Below are positions 60,795-64,000 of a DNA stretch of 64,000 bases, one piece after another. The stretch is taken from positions 9,858,001 through 9,922,000 of the forward strand of contig JBHGNT010000022.1 of NCBI GenBank assembly GCA_043228905.1. The letters are read 5' to 3'. This stretch comes from Azolla caroliniana. Lineage: Eukaryota; Plantae; Polypodiophyta. The position numbers and the translations under genes were made by a program. Each line of letters starts with the position of its first letter. Within the stretch, counting starts at the first letter, position 1. The notes below the pieces were generated by a model, which had not been told where the DNA came from, made no database searches, and worked only from the letters and a program-made list of their open reading frames with translations.

Positions 60795-62784
60795 TGAAGA
60801 ATTTAAGCCAGAGGCAGAAACCGGGAAATATTGGCTACATCGGCGGGGTGCACCATGTGCACTCACCCTCGTGTAATTGTGTGATAAATAGGAGTTAAGT
60901 CAGGGCGAAGAATCCCATGTAAATCGGGATTTATCCCACATTGTAACGCATCCCTCTCCTTGTTCTATAAAAGGAAGGGATGGTCCCTTGTAGAAGGGTT
61001 GCCCATTTTGTATTAGTAGGGTATACCGTTAGACGGAGAGACGTTCTCTCTCTCTCTCTTGTTTCAGGGTTTCTTCTTCTTGCTCCCCTCTGCTTCTTCT
61101 TCTTCTTCTTCCTTCTGTGCGTCGAGCCTTGGCATCTAGCGTTGTCGTGAAGAAAACCATCCCTTAGCGTAATTGGTGCATAGCGCGCGTGAACCGGCTC
61201 TTCACGCGTGCGCACCCTTTAATGTATATAATAGAGAATTAGGTACAAAGGTATATCCTAGGTGGTTAGATTCGGCAGGTAGGAAGTTAATGAGGGAAAC
61301 GGCTCCCTTCTTGAAGCTATAAAAGAGAGGGAGACGCGGGGAGAAGGATATACATTATTGAGGAGGACGAAGTGCTGTCGGACCGAAACCGAACGCTTCT
61401 CCTCTGTTCGTTCTCCATCGCTCTTCTCTGCAGGTTTTCAGGAGGCTCGCGCTGCTTCGAGGAACGCCCGTGTGCTTCCGGCAGCATCTCCATCCTATCC
61501 CCTTTCGTGCGTAGACGAGCAGGCATCGGCATCTGTTCGCCGGCCTGTTCGGTTGTAACCGCTCCGTGCTCTGTTGTTTATTTGTCATTCATTAATCTAC
61601 AAACATTCATGTCTCTCAGTCTTTGTGTCCATTCGTGTCTTCTACGTTGACAGGGCCGTGTCCCTGTGTTTCTTTGCTCATACGTAACCGAGCGTCTCTC
61701 TCTTTCTCTTTCCCCTTCTATCACCTGCTCTTTGGTTCAAGACCCCGGTGGTCCCGCCTCGTTTCTCCACGCACGCGTGTAGTAACGTGACAATGTTCTA
61801 GTTTTCTGCCTTGTACTCTTTGCAAGACCCCTCTCGGCGCGACAAGCCCCAGAGCTCCCCGACCGGAGGCTTGGTAGTAGACAACGGTTGTATCTCATGC
61901 GGCCTAGGTCCGGCTTCAAGTCGGTGTTGAATCTCGTTGTCTTGTAAATACATATACATTTTGTTGTGCATATTCGGGTCTCTGTTGGCGTGCGTGCGTG
62001 TGTCTTAGTGTTTCTTCCTTGCTTATGTACATGTTCGTGTGAGAGTCAATGTTGCGTGCCTGCTCTCTCTCTGTCTCTCTTTCCCTTCGGTTGCTTCCAG
62101 TGTGCTCCTGGGGTGCCCCGGGAAGGGTGAAGCACGACTTCCTACGCTCCGTCACTCCCTAGTCCAAGACCCCCGTGGTCCCGCCTTTCTCCACGCATGC
62201 GCGTAACAACGCGACATATTTGGTGAACCCGACGTGAAAGGCGGCGAGGGAGGATGGAGTCGGAAGACGACGACCTCACGGAGATGGTGGATGAAGTGGT
62301 GTTGGAGTCAGCACGAGTGGTGATGAGGCGAGAAGCAACGCAACAAGCGGTTGAGCGAGTGGTCGAAAGAGTTAGCCGTTTCAACTGGGACAAAGTCCCA
62401 TCTTACTTGGAAGCCTACAACGCGGAAATGGAGGAGTGAGACGTGGATGAAGCGTTGAGGCTGTAGGACCAAATCGAGGTGTCTTACTAGGACCAAATGG
62501 TCGAAACAAGGAGTGCGTAGAGATAGGCACAAGACGATTAGAGGGTGCTTAAGCTAAACAAGAGAAAGTAGGCAACATACACTAATGAGAGAGAGATGTT
62601 TTTAATTCAAAGAGGGTGGTGGTCTTAGGCAAACTAGTTTCGCTCAATAGTGGAGCTCTTCAGTGCAAAGACCATTACAACAAGAGAATGTGATTTATAA
62701 AGGGGTGGGAAGGAAGAGGAAGTGAGAGAAAAAGGAGTGGGGAGGATTTGATTTGTGTAGTAGATGAGAGAGAATAGAATGTGG

Positions 62785-62827
<43 letters not shown>

Positions 62828-64000
62828 GTGTGTAGGAAAGTGATAGGGAATGAGAGAAGGGAAATTAGTATAATGATGATGGTGAGGGGGGAGTTTTTAA
62901 TGTGATGAAAAAGGGGGATTTGGGATAATATTAAGTGGGGGATGTGGGTGAATTATTTGAAAACTTAGTGTTAAGTGGGGGATTTGGGTGGATTGTTTGA
63001 AACTTTAGTCTTAAGTGGGGGATTTGGGTGGATTGTTTGAAAATTTAGTCTTAAGTGGGGGATTTTGGTGGATTGTTTGAAAACTTAGTTTTAAGTGGGG
63101 GATTTTGGTGGATTTTTTGAAAACTTGGTCTTAACTAGGAGGGCATGTAAGGACTTAGATTTTGTCCAACATACGAAAGGGCGTGAGATGCTTGTAAGCT
63201 CAACCTCGACCAGTGGGTAGCATCGGCAAAGACCCACTGGGGCGCGACCAAGGCGTTCCGAGAGTTCGAGTGACGGCTTGCTCGGCTCCCGGAGCGAGAA
63301 TAAGGTTTGGTGGGGGCGGACAAAAGCCCTATTGTTTGTCCGGTCGATCGACCGAGCGGAACGGGAGGCCATCGGGATTGAGCTCGAAGACGACGACGGA
63401 GCGAATGGGCTTATGGACGACTGGTCGAAGGTCGGAAGGGTGTGCCAATGGCTAGACGATGAGCGAGCCGAGAAGGCTAAGAGGAAGGCGCGCGACGGCG
63501 TGCCATCACAGGGGGAAGAGGCCGAACGACAAAGGGAGTTGGATGGGGTCGGCGTTGAGGCCGGAGGCGTACGCACCTCTCGAGGCGATGCTCGAGGAAG
63601 AGGAAAGATCGAGGTGTCCAGCTGAGACCGGGGAGACCGTCTTGCCCCACGAGATGGCGGGAGATCGGTACGATGGTACCATGGGAGAGGATTGCCGACC
63701 GAGGACGAGGTCGGCATCGGAGAAGAGCCCTCCACGTGGATTCCGGAGACTCCGGCGGTCGTGCCCATGTGCCGACATGAGACCGGAGAGAAGGAAGGCG
63801 CCGAAGAGGAGTCCTGGCACGATGCCAGCGAAGAAGGATGGGAAACGGCGTGCGAGGAGGCCGAGGACGGAAGCGGCACAGGAAGATCGGCATTCCAATT
63901 CGGATGGATTGTTCGATCGAGGCCGGATTCGGCATAAAGGTGCCGATACAGGAGAGGGTGCGGGACGAGCCGCCCTCTTTTACATGGGGAGAAAGACTGA
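60795..64000 (+). mobile_element. Second tRNA-Trp-primed gag-type LTR element (LTR-like region to ~62216), running off the window
   Basis: PBS TGGTGAACCCGACGTGAA at 62221. Internal QQAVERVVERVS.FN and FVRSIDRAER...EDDDGANGL are homologous to 53629-54230. The LTR start is inferred from the break in the Copia IN. Confidence 0.75.
62462..63171 (-). mobile_element. Solo-LTR-like insertion containing (GA)n and a 40-bp tandem repeat
   Basis: Termini TGTAGGACCAAATC / GATTTTGTCCAACA are imperfect inverted repeats (TG...CA). About 5 copies of TTAAGTGGGGGATTTGGGTGGATTGTTTGAAA.. at 62931-63134. Interrupts the gag homology. Confidence 0.6.

Noticed and set aside
26938-64000. Numerous antisense and alternate-frame ORFs over TE pol/gag regions
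   Set aside because: Shadow ORFs of GC-rich retroelement coding sequence.

Overview
Plant nuclear DNA that looks non-seed (fern/lycophyte-like: intronless PLS-class PPR gene, long TE-filled introns, Tcn1-like chromovirus). Two host genes are recognisable: exon 1 of a BRUTUS-like hemerythrin/RING iron sensor (3186-3512, minus) and a PLS-E PPR editing factor (33260-35281, minus). The most striking structure is an 18.6-kb head-to-tail array (8373-26937) of a near-identical 2497-bp unit. Each of the 7 complete units carries an intronless gene with TATA, Kozak and poly(A) signals encoding an 80-aa secreted Pro-rich peptide. The rest is a deep TE nest. A decayed, intron-containing DDD transposase gene (~37.9-57.9 kb) hosts a young Copia (TSD AGACT) and a probably self-priming chromovirus (TSD GATAT). 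Its intron holds a LINE, which in turn holds a pol-less tRNA-Trp-primed LTR element with tRNA-like sequence in its LTRs and no TSD. Truncated Copia and Gypsy pieces and further nested insertions complete the window. All calls come from reading the sequence by eye; no database search was run.
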